A stretch of DNA of 64,000 nucleotides, from assembly GCA_965248445.1 (NCBI GenBank), contig CBDFJG010000004.1, positions 1,152,001-1,216,000 on the forward strand, given 5' to 3'. Positions within the stretch are counted from its first letter, which is position 1. Every line of letters begins with the position of its first letter. This DNA is from Planctomycetota bacterium (GTDB taxonomy: Bacteria; Planctomycetota; JAJSAM01; JAJVHW01). A program made the translations under genes and the position numbers. The notes under the pieces are model-generated. The model ran no database searches, was not told where the DNA came from, and saw only the letters and a list, made by a program, of their open reading frames with translations. Of the stretch, positions 9,881 through 19,913 are shown piece by piece.

Positions 9881-11442
9881 GCCGGAATGCCGAGCGTCGT
9901 GATGTAGATCACCGCCTGGCTCTCGGGGATGGCAAGCGCCCGGTTCATCTCGTCGTCGAAGTACCCGCCGCAGCCCGATACGCCGAGGCCCTCGCGCAGC
10001 GCCGCGAGGTTCAGGCGTTCACCGAGCTGGCCGGCGTCCAGACCGAGCGACCGATACGCACGATCTCCGTACCGCGCAACGGCGCGCGTGAGGTCCGCCG
10101 TGTGCACGACGACGGCGCCCGCGTGGGCGAAGATCTCCTGTCCGAGGCCCAGATGGTGCATGCGTCGCGCAATCGTCTCGGCGGTGCCTCGCGACAGCTC
10201 ATGGATGCGTGGCGCAGAGCCCGGTTCGTAGAGGTAGGTGCCGGGCGGAAGCTGCGGCCCCGCGTCGATCGCCACCACGTACGTCCGCAACAACCCCGGT
10301 GCCAGGAGGCGGCTGGGATCCGCGCACGTGAACGCGAGCACGCTGTCCAGACGGCCCGGCGGGATCGACCCCGGTCGGAAGCGGCGCGTGCTGCGGCGCT
10401 CCGCGATCGTGTCTGTCACGGGCTCGAGCGGCGTCCACTGCGTCGGCGCTGCGACGGCGGCGATGACGTACTTGTCCGTCGGCAGCGGCAGGTCGGCGGC
10501 ATCCTCCACGACCTCGGCGTCTGCCTCCAGGCGGCCGGCCACGTGAACCGCGGCGATCAGGCGCTCGGGTGGCGAGTCGTCGAACCGATCCGCGACGGCT
10601 TCCACTGCGCGGTGCCACTCGACGGCGATCGAACGGCGGCTGGGAACGTCCGGCACCTCCGCGGCGGCGTCCGGCGCGAGCACCGGCACGATCGCGAGTG
10701 GCCCCTCCTCGTGCGGCGTGAGTTCCAGCAGTCCCTCGATGCGTGCATCGTGGAACGCGCCCAGCGGGTGCGCGTAGAGGCCCTCTACTCCCGTGGCGAG
10801 GACTAGGTTGCCCAGAACGTGCCCGGTGTCGAGCAGCGCGCGGCGGTAGCCGCGCTCGCGGTAACGCCAGGAACTGCGGCGCCAGATCGCACTCAGCACG
10901 AAGAAGACGGACGCGACCCGCGCCGCCGGGTGCGAGAAGCACGCACGGCGCACGGCCTCGATGTCGTCTCCGGCGCGCACGGTGGCCAGCGAGTGGTCGA
11001 GAAGCTGGTACGAGTACGCGCCGTCCGGCAGACCGGGCACGCCGCGCGCGAACACGTAGACCTCGGTCGGGTACATTGCGCCGGCCGAGGGCGCCGCCCG
11101 GAAATGGTGGAAGAACGACTGGTCCCCCACGATCCGTGTGCATCCGTTCGTGTGCCACAGGATGCGTGCGAGCTTCGCGAGGTCCATCGCCCCCTCACCC
11201 GCGCGTTCGATCTCGTCGTCGCTCTGGATCGCTCCGTCCTGCTCGCTCGGACGCCGGATCGGGACCCCCTCGGTGGGCAGGAGGATGCGCCGACCCGCGT
11301 AGTCCTTGAAAGGCGGCGGCCGGGTGCCCCACTCCAGCGGCTCGCGCGCCGCCGCCTCGCGGCGCAAGCCCTCCTCGCTGTACTTCGTCTCCTCGTGATA
11401 CCGCTCGGCGATCGACGATTCGAAGGGGGCCAGAGGCTTCAC
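9877..11442 (-). CDS. SagB/ThcOx-type nitroreductase-family dehydrogenase (two domains)
   Basis: YHEETKY, RAAPSAGAMYPTE, RYRERGYR...LDTGH, RRSTRRF, RYGDRAYR..LDAG; GTG at 11442 with GGGGAG RBS. Confidence 0.9.
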   Translation of the reverse strand: MKPLAPFESSIAERYHEETKYSEEGLRREAAAREPLEWGTRPPPFKDYAGRRILLPTEGVPIRRPSEQDGAIQSDDEIERAGEGAMDLAKLARILWHTNGCTRIVGDQSFFHHFRAAPSAGAMYPTEVYVFARGVPGLPDGAYSYQLLDHSLATVRAGDDIEAVRRACFSHPAARVASVFFVLSAIWRRSSWRYRERGYRRALLDTGHVLGNLVLATGVEGLYAHPLGAFHDARIEGLLELTPHEEGPLAIVPVLAPDAAAEVPDVPSRRSIAVEWHRAVEAVADRFDDSPPERLIAAVHVAGRLEADAEVVEDAADLPLPTDKYVIAAVAAPTQWTPLEPVTDTIAERRSTRRFRPGSIPPGRLDSVLAFTCADPSRLLAPGLLRTYVVAIDAGPQLPPGTYLYEPGSAPRIHELSRGTAETIARRMHHLGLGQEIFAHAGAVVVHTADLTRAVARYGDRAYRSLGLDAGQLGERLNLAALREGLGVSGCGGYFDDEMNRALAIPESQAVIYITTLGIPA

Positions 11443-11491
11443 GGGGCCCACTCCCCGAGCGTGCCACGGCGCGCCGGTTCGCGGGCAGCAA

Positions 11492-12229
11492 TCACGCGCC
11501 GGCCTGCGCTCGCAGCAGTGAGACCTGCGCGAGCACCGCAACGGCAGCGGTGTCCGTGCGGAGCGTGCGGTCCCCCAGAGAGACCGAACGGAAGCCCGCC
11601 GCTTCGAGGAGCTCGATCTCGAACGGAAGGAAGCCGCCCTCCGGCCCGACGGCGAGCACGACGCGCCCCGCTCTGCCGACGGTGACTCCGGCCAGCGGAG
11701 TCGCGGCGCCCGGGTGCGCGACCAGAGCGGTGGTGCCGTTCGCGAGATCCGGCGCACGGTCCTCGGCGAACGGGCGGAACAGCGGCTCGATGGAGACCCT
11801 CGGCACATGCGTTTCGCGGCCCTGCGACAGCCCCTTGAGGAGCAGCGCTCGCAACGAGCCGTCCTCGAGCACACGCGCCGTCAGATACGGCTTCGCCACG
11901 CGCCAGGTCCTGAGCAATACGAGACGGTCCACACCGAGCGCTGCGATCTGGGGCACGAGCCGCGCCAGCATCTTCGGCCGCGGGATGGCGAGGACGACAT
12001 CGGTGAGCGGCCGTGGCGGCGCCGCGCCGAATGCGCCTCGGAGCGTCACGCCGTCGTCGTCGCTCGAGACGATGTCTCCGCTGCCGGTGCCGCCCCCGAG
12101 GAGCCCGACGCGCAGCGTGTCTCCCGGCTCCGAGCGCAGGATCTCCCGCACGTGGCGAGCGCGGCCGTCCGCCACGCGGTAGATCCCGTCCGACACCAGG
12201 TCGGACCCGTCGAGAAGCAGCAGGTTCAC
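11492..12229 (-). CDS. rsmE: 16S rRNA m3U1498 methyltransferase RsmE family
   Basis: HVREILR, PRPKML, VGPEGGF, LGDRTLRTDTA SPOUT motifs. Confidence 0.9.
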   Translation of the reverse strand: MNLLLLDGSDLVSDGIYRVADGRARHVREILRSEPGDTLRVGLLGGGTGSGDIVSSDDDGVTLRGAFGAAPPRPLTDVVLAIPRPKMLARLVPQIAALGVDRLVLLRTWRVAKPYLTARVLEDGSLRALLLKGLSQGRETHVPRVSIEPLFRPFAEDRAPDLANGTTALVAHPGAATPLAGVTVGRAGRVVLAVGPEGGFLPFEIELLEAAGFRSVSLGDRTLRTDTAAVAVLAQVSLLRAQAGA

Positions 12230-12261
12230 GAAGACAGTCTCTCACCGGTGGTCTCCCCGCT

Positions 12262-12294
12262 CCATCTGCGGGCCATCTGCGGGCCATCTGCGGG
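12262..12294. repeat. 11-bp tandem repeat CCATCTGCGGG x3 in a divergent promoter region
   Basis: Seen directly in the sequence. Confidence 0.85.
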
Positions 12295-12357
12295 GTGCCC
12301 GCCCCACCTCCCGCCGCTTTCTCGTGAGGCTCCGGGCGGGCGTGGGAGACTCCGGGG

Positions 12358-13776
12358 ATGCCCTCGGACCTCTCCTTCCTGCAGTGGGCGTTCGGCTACA
12401 TGCGCGAGCGCGCTGCGGCCGACGCGGCGGCCCCGGCGTTCCGCCAGCCGATCGAGGAGGTCCGCGCTCTGAGCGACGACGAGGTGCGCCTCGTCCGCGC
12501 GTTCCCCGAGGGGCCGATGGACGGAGACGACCTCCGCACGGCGCTGACTGCGCTCCTCGACGACCACCTCGTCAACGGCCGCACACCGCGGTTCCAGAAC
12601 CAGCTGTTCTCCGGCGTCGAGGAGGAGGGCCTGGTCGGTGGCTTCCTGGGCGTGTTCCAGAACAACACGATGTCCACGCGAGAGGTAGCGCCGCTCCCGT
12701 CCGAGATGGAGACCGCCGTTCTCGACTGGATGCTGCGGCTCCTCCCGTGGGACCGCGCGAAGTCGAGTGGCACTCTCACCCCCGCCGGGTCGTTCTCGAA
12801 CTACCTGGCGGTGTTCCTCGCGCGCAAGCGGGCCACTGCCGAACACGGGGATGACGTCGTGCCGCGCTTGGCGCTCTTTACGTCGGAGGCGGCGCACTAC
12901 TCGATCGAGAAGGGCACGGACCTCGCTGGCGTCCCACTCGCGAACGTGTTCCGCGTTCCGTGCGATGCGCGCGATCGCATGCGCCCCACCGACCTGGGTC
13001 ATGCGCTGCGCGCAGCCGAGGACAAGGGTCTCATCCCGTTCTTCGTCAACGCAACGCTCGGCACGACCGTCGCGGGATCGCTGGATCGCGTGGACGATCT
13101 GCGCGAGGCGATAGATGGACGCAACCTCTGGCTGCACGCCGACGGAGCGTGGGGCGCACTCGGGCTCCTCGGCAGCGAGCGCGATAAGTTCCGCCGTCCG
13201 CTCGCACACGCGGACAGCCTCACGTGGGATGCGCACAAGGGCCTCGGGGCGCCCGTCGCGCTCTCTTTCTTGATGGTCAAGGACGGCGCGTCACTGGACG
13301 CACTGCGGCCGCCGAGCGGCGCCGGCTATCTGTTCAAGGACGCGGACGCGGAACCGGAGACCGCGGATCTCGGTCTGCGGTCGCTCTACTGCGGCAAGCC
13401 GTTCGTCGCGCTGTCGATGTGGCTCCTCTGGAAGTCACGCGGCGAGTCCGGGCTGCGCGAGCACGTGGATCACGCCCGCGCGCTGACGCTGCGCTTCCGG
13501 GACCGCATGGCCTCCTCGCGTGTCTACGAACTCGTGCATGAAGAGCCCGAGACGTGGACAGTCTGCTTTCGACCCCGCGGTCCCGCGCGCGCCGAGCGCG
13601 AGCGCGTCGCCGTCCGTGCGCGCGAGCAGATCAACGCGACGGGGCGCTTCATGATCAACCTGTGCCCCTCGGGCGGCGAGCGCGTGTTTCGCGCGCTGTT
13701 CATCAATCCGATGATGACTGAGGCGCACGTCGACGAGTTGTTCGAGCACGTCGAAGCGTGCCACCCGGCGGCGTGA
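12358..13776 (+). CDS. Group II PLP-dependent amino acid decarboxylase
   Basis: PRFQNQLF, AHYSIEK, ATLGTTVAGSLD, WLHADGAWG, ADSLTWDAHK (PLP lysine). Confidence 0.92.
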   Translation: MPSDLSFLQWAFGYMRERAAADAAAPAFRQPIEEVRALSDDEVRLVRAFPEGPMDGDDLRTALTALLDDHLVNGRTPRFQNQLFSGVEEEGLVGGFLGVFQNNTMSTREVAPLPSEMETAVLDWMLRLLPWDRAKSSGTLTPAGSFSNYLAVFLARKRATAEHGDDVVPRLALFTSEAAHYSIEKGTDLAGVPLANVFRVPCDARDRMRPTDLGHALRAAEDKGLIPFFVNATLGTTVAGSLDRVDDLREAIDGRNLWLHADGAWGALGLLGSERDKFRRPLAHADSLTWDAHKGLGAPVALSFLMVKDGASLDALRPPSGAGYLFKDADAEPETADLGLRSLYCGKPFVALSMWLLWKSRGESGLREHVDHARALTLRFRDRMASSRVYELVHEEPETWTVCFRPRGPARAERERVAVRAREQINATGRFMINLCPSGGERVFRALFINPMMTEAHVDELFEHVEACHPAA

Positions 13777-15455
13777 GCCCGTTGCCGGACCCCGAAAGCG
13801 GACCACTCCTCACGGTCGCAGAGTCGTCGAACTACGAACGGACGTCCGTGCACGCGGACGTGCTGGCGTTCGTCGCCCGGCTGCGCGCGCTCTGCGAGGA
13901 ACAGGGTACCGGCGCGCTGGACGTGCAGTCGATGGGCAGCACGCCCGGGGGCCGCGAGCTGCCGGTGCTGGTGATGTCGGCTCATGGGCACTTCGAGCCG
14001 GATGCGGCGCATGCCGCCGCCGATGCGCACGGCCGCCCCGTCGTGCTGATCATCTGCAACATCCACGCCGGCGAAGTCGAGGGCAAAGAGGCTGCACTCA
14101 TGTTCGCCCGCGACGCGCTTCTGGCAGGCGACGGCAGTCTCTTGCGGCTGGTGCGCGACACGACGCTGCTACTCGTCCCGAACTACAACGCCGACGGCAA
14201 CGACCTGATCGCGCCGGACAACCGAACGCTCGATCTCGCGCTGATGAAGGGACAGGACAGTCCCTCGGGCGGCGTCGGCACGCGATACACCGGTCAGGGT
14301 CTCAATCTGAACCGCGACTACACGAAGATGGAGGCGCCCGAGACGCGACTCCTGTCCGCGCTGGTCGGCCGCTGGAACCCACACGTGATCGTCGACTCGC
14401 ACACCTCGAACGGCTCGCCGCACGCATATCACCTGACCTACGACACGTCGCACACGCTGCTCAGCGGCCCGCCCGATCCGATCCTGTACACGCGGGACCG
14501 GCTGCTGCCCGCGATCGAGCACGGACTTCTGCAGCGCACCGGCCACCGCACGTGGTTCTACGGCAACTTCCGCGACAACGACGATCCGGCGAGCGGCTGG
14601 GAGACCTATCCGGGACTGCCGCGGTACGGGAGCCACTACAGAGGGCTCACCGGCCGCATCGACATCCTGCTCGAGGCGTACAGCTACCTCCCGTTCGAGG
14701 AGCGCGTGCGTGTGACCTACGAGGTCTTCGTCGAGATCCTGGACCAGGTCGGCTCACGCGGCCGCGAGATCGTGGGCGTCTGCGCCCGCGCGGCCGCCGA
14801 CACGATCGCACGCGGCCGTTCTCCGCAGCCGGACGACGTGGTCGGCGTGAACTACGGCGTGGCACGCCGCGATGCGGAGGGCCGCCTGGTCTACGACTAC
14901 CCAGCGTATCCACTCTGGCAGACCGACATCGCCGCCTGGGACGCCGACGCAATGCGCGAACGCAAGGTGCTCGGCGGCGCCCTCACGTACTGGCCGACGA
15001 CGTTCTACGCACGCTTCCTGCCGGAGGTGTCCGTTCGCCGCCCGCGCGGCTACGTGATCCCCGCCGGCCGCAGCGACATCGCGGAGTTCCTGCGCGCCCA
15101 CAACGTGCTCGTGCGGACCCTCGGCAGCGACGCGGCTGAACGCCGCGTCGAGCGGTACGTCGTCCTCGCCCGCGACTCCACGGTGAGTCCCGACGTCGGT
15201 TACGAGCCCCGCGACGAGACCGTCTTCAGCGTGCGCCGCGAGCACGCCGTCCGCCGTCTCTCGGAGAGCGACCACTTCGTGGACATGGCGCAGCCGCTCG
15301 CCGCGGTCGCCATCTACCTGCTCGAACCCGAGAGCGACGACGGGCTGGTGCGCTGGGGCTGGTTCGAAACGACGCAGCCCGGTGACGAATACCCGGTCCT
15401 GCGGGTTCCCGGAGGCGCTCCACTCTCGCCTCCGCCGCGGGCCAAGCGCGAGTAG
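13773..15455 (+). CDS. M14 family zinc carboxypeptidase-like protein
   Basis: IHAGEVEGKE, YNADGN, NLNRD, DSH motifs; GTGA overlap with the previous gene. Confidence 0.9.
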   Translation: MSPLPDPESGPLLTVAESSNYERTSVHADVLAFVARLRALCEEQGTGALDVQSMGSTPGGRELPVLVMSAHGHFEPDAAHAAADAHGRPVVLIICNIHAGEVEGKEAALMFARDALLAGDGSLLRLVRDTTLLLVPNYNADGNDLIAPDNRTLDLALMKGQDSPSGGVGTRYTGQGLNLNRDYTKMEAPETRLLSALVGRWNPHVIVDSHTSNGSPHAYHLTYDTSHTLLSGPPDPILYTRDRLLPAIEHGLLQRTGHRTWFYGNFRDNDDPASGWETYPGLPRYGSHYRGLTGRIDILLEAYSYLPFEERVRVTYEVFVEILDQVGSRGREIVGVCARAAADTIARGRSPQPDDVVGVNYGVARRDAEGRLVYDYPAYPLWQTDIAAWDADAMRERKVLGGALTYWPTTFYARFLPEVSVRRPRGYVIPAGRSDIAEFLRAHNVLVRTLGSDAAERRVERYVVLARDSTVSPDVGYEPRDETVFSVRREHAVRRLSESDHFVDMAQPLAAVAIYLLEPESDDGLVRWGWFETTQPGDEYPVLRVPGGAPLSPPPRAKRE

Positions 15456-15483
15456 CCCGACGCCGCGTCTCTCCCTGTCTTGA

Positions 15484-16788
15484 TCAGTCCTCGTACTCGC
15501 GCTGCATCTCGACCGCCAGGCGACCCGCCTGCGCGACCCATGCATCCCGTTCGATCCGATCCGGGAACGAGCCGAGTTGCTCCGCGACACGCTCGACATC
15601 GGGACGCTTCCACGCCGCGATGTCCTCGAAGCGTAGGTAGCCCATGGCGTGCAACTTGCGCTCGAGCACGGGCCCAATCCCGAAGATGCGCTGGAGCTCG
15701 TCGCGTGCCGGACGCTTCGGCTTCGGCGGGTTGTGCAGCTCGTCCTGCAGTGCCTCGACGCGGGAGAGCAACTGGTCGATCTTGCCGTCCCGCTGTTGCA
15801 GGTCCGACGCGTGCTTCCCCTCGATCGAGGTCAGTCGCGAACGGAGACGGTCGGACTCGGCGTCGCTCGCGGACGCGCCCGTGGCTTCGTCGCGCATGCG
15901 CTCGACCTCGGCACCGGCGAGACGCAGCTGCGACTGGAACTGCCTGCGCTCTTCGCGCAGCCTCACCAGATCCTCGGCCGCGTGTCGCGACGACTCGTCG
16001 AACTCGTTCTGCTGGTCGAGCAGCTGGCGCCGCGCGTCCTTGCGTGCCTCGTCGCGCTCGCGCCGAAGGACGGCGAGCTGTGACTCCATCTCCGCACGTC
16101 GGCCGGAGAGTTTCTCCTGCGCTTTCGACAGTAGGGCCTGCACTTCGTCCCTCTCCGCTGTGAGCGCCGCGATTGCGGCCGCATGATCCCCCGTTGCAGC
16201 TTCGCCCAGGCGCGCGATCTCGGCGTCCTTCGCAGGCGTCAGCTCGTCCACCTCGCGAGTCAGTTCGTCCACTCTGCGCGTCCGCGCATCGACGTCGCGC
16301 GTCAGCTGCTCCAGCCGCGTGTCACACCCCTGGTGAGCCTGGATCGCGTCGGCGGCAAGTTCACGAGCCGCGACGAGTTGCCGCTCCAGACCAGCGATCA
16401 CATCGGCGGATCCGTCGTCTGCGGCCGCTTCGAGCACCGGAACGACGGGCATTGCGCTGAGCTCGCCCTCGAGGGCTGTCAGCCGTGCAATCGCACCGTC
16501 CCGCGCGATGTTGAGGTCCGTCGACTCGGCGGACTCTCCCGCTGCCGAGTCGCTGGTCTCTTCCTGCAGCCCGTCCAGTTCCCCCGTGCGGGCCGTGAGC
16601 GTCGTCTCGACCGTGGCCGGCCGGCCCTCGAGCCGCATGACCTCCGCCTTACCGCGGGTCTCCCGGCCCGTGAAGTACCACCACCAGACGAGACCGGCGA
16701 TCCACCCGAGGAGGCACCCCAGGATGAACGCGATCCAGCTCGTGTCGCTGCCGAACCAGTCCGTCAGCAGAGAACCCAGATGCGGCAC
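15484..16788 (-). CDS. Membrane-anchored coiled-coil protein with a C-terminal helix-hairpin-helix domain
   Basis: N-terminal TM, long coiled coil, RDELQRIFGIGPVLERKLHAMGY..F..IAAW...RIERDAWVAQA. Confidence 0.8.
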   Translation of the reverse strand: MPHLGSLLTDWFGSDTSWIAFILGCLLGWIAGLVWWWYFTGRETRGKAEVMRLEGRPATVETTLTARTGELDGLQEETSDSAAGESAESTDLNIARDGAIARLTALEGELSAMPVVPVLEAAADDGSADVIAGLERQLVAARELAADAIQAHQGCDTRLEQLTRDVDARTRRVDELTREVDELTPAKDAEIARLGEAATGDHAAAIAALTAERDEVQALLSKAQEKLSGRRAEMESQLAVLRRERDEARKDARRQLLDQQNEFDESSRHAAEDLVRLREERRQFQSQLRLAGAEVERMRDEATGASASDAESDRLRSRLTSIEGKHASDLQQRDGKIDQLLSRVEALQDELHNPPKPKRPARDELQRIFGIGPVLERKLHAMGYLRFEDIAAWKRPDVERVAEQLGSFPDRIERDAWVAQAGRLAVEMQREYED

Positions 16789-16906
16789 GACTTAACCTCT
16801 TCTGCACCCGCGAATCGCCGAGCCGCGGGTCCCCCCCGCACGCACGGCCATCACCATGCGGATATGGAGCCAGACTCGCCGGGCTTTCTCAAGTAGGGAG
16901 ATCGGC

Positions 16907-17881
16907 TCAGTCGGTCTGCGCGGCGGCGAGGACGGCCTCGTGGACATGGCCGTTGGTGGCGACGATCCCGCGGTTCCCCCACAGCCTCCGTCCGAGGCCG
17001 AAATCGAGGGGGAGGCCGTCCAGATCAGTCACCCGGCCGCCAGCGGCGGCGACGACCAGGGCGCCCGCGGCGTGGTCCCAGATGGTCTCGCTGCGGTTGA
17101 CGTCCCGCGGGATGCGGAGATAGACCTCAGCCCGGCCGAGGGCGAGGAGCGCGTACTTCGCCTGGCTATCCACGCGGACGGGATCGGCGTGGCTGCCGAG
17201 GGCCTCCCGGATGCGGGCGGTGCGGTCGTGCTTCGTGTGGCCTGCCTCGACCGATTCGCAGATGCGAGCCGCCACCGGCTCGTGCACGTCCGAGACCGCG
17301 CACTGGCGGCCGTCCGTGCCGTTGCCGTCGAGCGGCAGCGCATGCGTGCCGCGGCCGATCGCGCCCGCTACGACCAATCCGCGGCCGGCTCCCGAGTCGG
17401 TAGCGCTCACCGGCAAGTTGGGACAGCCGAGCACGCCGGCAACCGGAGTGCCGTCTTCGATCATTGCCAGTGCAACGGCGTACTGGTCGCCCCGCAGGAA
17501 TCCCTTCGTGCCGTCGATCGGATCGAGCACGAGGAAGCGCCCGGACTTCCCACCCTCCGCGTCGCCGCGGTCCACCGCCTCGTAGAGCGTTTCGGCCGTC
17601 GCCTCCGGCCACTCCTCGTGGAGGCGATCCAGCACCGACGCGCGCAGTGCGGCGTCGGCACGCAGCGGCCCGCTGTCTTCCTCGCCGACAAGGGGCACGC
17701 CGGGGAAGAGGCGGTGTCCGATCAGCGCCTGAACGGCCAGGTCGGCAACAGTGACGGGACTGCGGTCGTCCTTCTCGAACGTGTCGCCGGAGCGGAGCTC
17801 GTGCTGCACCCGTCGACAGATTCGCCCGGCCGCGCGCACGACCTCGACCATCTCGCCCAGGAGTTCCCCGGCTTCTCGCAT
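16907..17881 (-). CDS. 3'(2'),5'-bisphosphate nucleotidase (inositol monophosphatase superfamily, HAL2-like)
   Basis: KDDRSPVTVAD, GEED, LDPIDGTKGFLRGDQYAVALA, DSQAKY, IWDHAAG. Confidence 0.92.
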   Translation of the reverse strand: MREAGELLGEMVEVVRAAGRICRRVQHELRSGDTFEKDDRSPVTVADLAVQALIGHRLFPGVPLVGEEDSGPLRADAALRASVLDRLHEEWPEATAETLYEAVDRGDAEGGKSGRFLVLDPIDGTKGFLRGDQYAVALAMIEDGTPVAGVLGCPNLPVSATDSGAGRGLVVAGAIGRGTHALPLDGNGTDGRQCAVSDVHEPVAARICESVEAGHTKHDRTARIREALGSHADPVRVDSQAKYALLALGRAEVYLRIPRDVNRSETIWDHAAGALVVAAAGGRVTDLDGLPLDFGLGRRLWGNRGIVATNGHVHEAVLAAAQTD

Positions 17882-17944
17882 GGAGACCTTCTATCCGCCC
17901 GCTGAGCCGGTCCGTAGACCCATCGCCGGGCGTACCATGTCGGC

Positions 17945-19285
17945 GTGCCACGCCTGCTTTCGGTTCTGCTTCTGATCCCCGCTCTCGCTGCCTGCCGGGG
18001 CTCGGAAGGCGTCCTGCCCCCCGGCACCGCGAACGCCCACTTTCGGGTGATTGCTGACACCGGGGGGGCGGACGCCGAAGCCGCGGGACTCGCGGCCGTC
18101 AGCCCCGTCTGGAGTGTCGTGGCGGAAGTCTGGGGCGCGGCCCCCACGGCGCCCGATGCTCCGCTCGACATCCACCTCTACGTGCGGGCGGACGGGTTCC
18201 GCCAGGCGGACGCGCAGCTCACCGGTGGAGAGCGCGCAGCGCACCGCGCGTTTGCGCATCCGGCAACGACGTCTGCGCACGTGGACCTGCAGCCGCGCAT
18301 CGATCCCGGCCTCATCCCCACGCACGGCCTGCCCGCGCAGACCGAGCGCCTCCTCGCGCACGAGGCAGCACACCTCGCGCGCTTCGCGCTCGTGCCCGGC
18401 CATCGTCACCACCCCCGCTGGGTCGCAAACGGGTCGGCGGTCGACGTGGCCGCGCGGACGATGGCCGCACGCAATGCGGATCGAGCCGCCGACGAAGCGC
18501 CGTTCACCGCGACGCTCGTCGGTCTGGCCCAGCGGCTCGCGAAACACGGCCGGCTGCCACCACTGACGTCCCTGCTCGCGGACGAGCTGCCGGCGCCTGA
18601 CGGAAAACGGGCATCGCTGCTGGAGCGATATGCGCTGGAGTGGCTGGCGTGGCGTTTCCTGCGGGAGCAGCGGGACCGTCTGGGGGAGTTCTTCCGCGAC
18701 TTACGACATGCCAAGCCAGCCGGAGATCCCGGAGCGCTCCGCGACGACATCGTGGCGCAACTGGGCACCGACGCGGACGCACTGGACGCGCAGTGGGCGG
18801 AGTTCGTCGCGGCACTCAGCCCTGCGTGGTTCGAAGAGGGGCGCGGGCTCTCGCTCGGTGCAGAGGAGTGGGAACACTGCGCATTCGAGGAGACACACGC
18901 GTCCGCCTGGCGGCTCGAGTCGCGCGCGCCGCCGTACTCGGTGACCGGCTCGGTCGAGATCCTGACCGGCGACACCGTCGCGAGCGTTCAGCTCTCCGCC
19001 GCCGGCGGAGACCGGATGCACGTGCGTCTCTGGCCGCTCGCCGGTGGTGAGCGCACGCGCGTCTACGTGGTCGACGGCACCACGAACAAGGAAGTCGCGC
19101 ACGTTCTCGTCGACACGCGCAGCCAGCACGCGTTCCGGATCGACGTCACGCTCGACCAGATCCACGTGACCGTGGACGGCGACGCGCACGTGGCGACTGC
19201 GACGATCGCGAGGCTGGACGGGCCATGGGGACTCGGCTTGTCCGCCGGCGGCGTCTGCCTGTGGCGCGACGTGACGGTCGAGTAG
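17945..19285 (+). CDS. Putative lipoprotein with an HExxH motif
   Basis: Lipobox LAAC; AHEAAH; TACCAT lies 6 nt upstream of the GTG. Confidence 0.65.
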   Translation: MPRLLSVLLLIPALAACRGSEGVLPPGTANAHFRVIADTGGADAEAAGLAAVSPVWSVVAEVWGAAPTAPDAPLDIHLYVRADGFRQADAQLTGGERAAHRAFAHPATTSAHVDLQPRIDPGLIPTHGLPAQTERLLAHEAAHLARFALVPGHRHHPRWVANGSAVDVAARTMAARNADRAADEAPFTATLVGLAQRLAKHGRLPPLTSLLADELPAPDGKRASLLERYALEWLAWRFLREQRDRLGEFFRDLRHAKPAGDPGALRDDIVAQLGTDADALDAQWAEFVAALSPAWFEEGRGLSLGAEEWEHCAFEETHASAWRLESRAPPYSVTGSVEILTGDTVASVQLSAAGGDRMHVRLWPLAGGERTRVYVVDGTTNKEVAHVLVDTRSQHAFRIDVTLDQIHVTVDGDAHVATATIARLDGPWGLGLSAGGVCLWRDVTVE

Positions 19286-19295
19286 TCTCCTCGCG

Positions 19296-19895
19296 ATGAC
19301 CCCCGAGACGAACCCGGACCCCATCGACGCCTCCTTCGCAGAGGCCGCCGAGGTTCTGGCGGCGTTCCGCGTGGACGCTGAATGCCAGGCCGCCGTGCGG
19401 CGCTTCGTGGACGTGGCGCACGCAGCTCTCTCGGCCGGCGGCAAGCTGCTGTCCTGCGGGAACGGCGGCAGCATGTGCGACGCGATGCACTTCGCCGAGG
19501 AGTGGACCGGGCGCTTCCGCGGCAACCGCGACGCGCTCCCGGCGATCGCGTTCTCGGATCCGAGCCACCTGACGTGCATCGCCAACGACTTCGGTTACGA
19601 CCAGGTGTTCGCGCGCATGGTGGCGGCTTACGGCACCAAGGGCGACGTGCTCGTCGTGCTCACGACCAGCGGCAACTCGCCGAACATCCTGGCGGCGTGC
19701 GAGGCGGCCCGCGAGCGCGGCGTCAGCGTAGTCGGGCTGCTGGGCAAGGGCGGCGGCGCCGTGAAGGACCTGTGCGACGTGGCACTCGTCGTACCGCAGG
19801 CCACGACGTCGGACCGCATTCAGGAGATCCACATCAAGGTGCTGCACACGGTCATCGAGGCCGTGGAGCGCCGAATGTTCCCCCACAACTACTAG
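19296..19895 (+). CDS. gmhA: Phosphoheptose (sedoheptulose-7-phosphate) isomerase, SIS domain
   Basis: CGNGGSMCDAMHFAEE, ANDFGYDQVFAR, TTSGNSPNI, DRIQEIHIKVLH. Confidence 0.95.
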   Translation: MTPETNPDPIDASFAEAAEVLAAFRVDAECQAAVRRFVDVAHAALSAGGKLLSCGNGGSMCDAMHFAEEWTGRFRGNRDALPAIAFSDPSHLTCIANDFGYDQVFARMVAAYGTKGDVLVVLTTSGNSPNILAACEAARERGVSVVGLLGKGGGAVKDLCDVALVVPQATTSDRIQEIHIKVLHTVIEAVERRMFPHNY

Positions 19896-19913
19896 CAGCA
19901 GAACTACTAGCTA

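Noticed and set aside
3483..15455. RiPP or secondary-metabolite cluster (carbamoyltransferase, SagB-like enzyme, decarboxylase, peptidase)
   Set aside because: No YcaO, precursor peptide or transporter is visible, and the genes lie in different orientations interleaved with rsmE.
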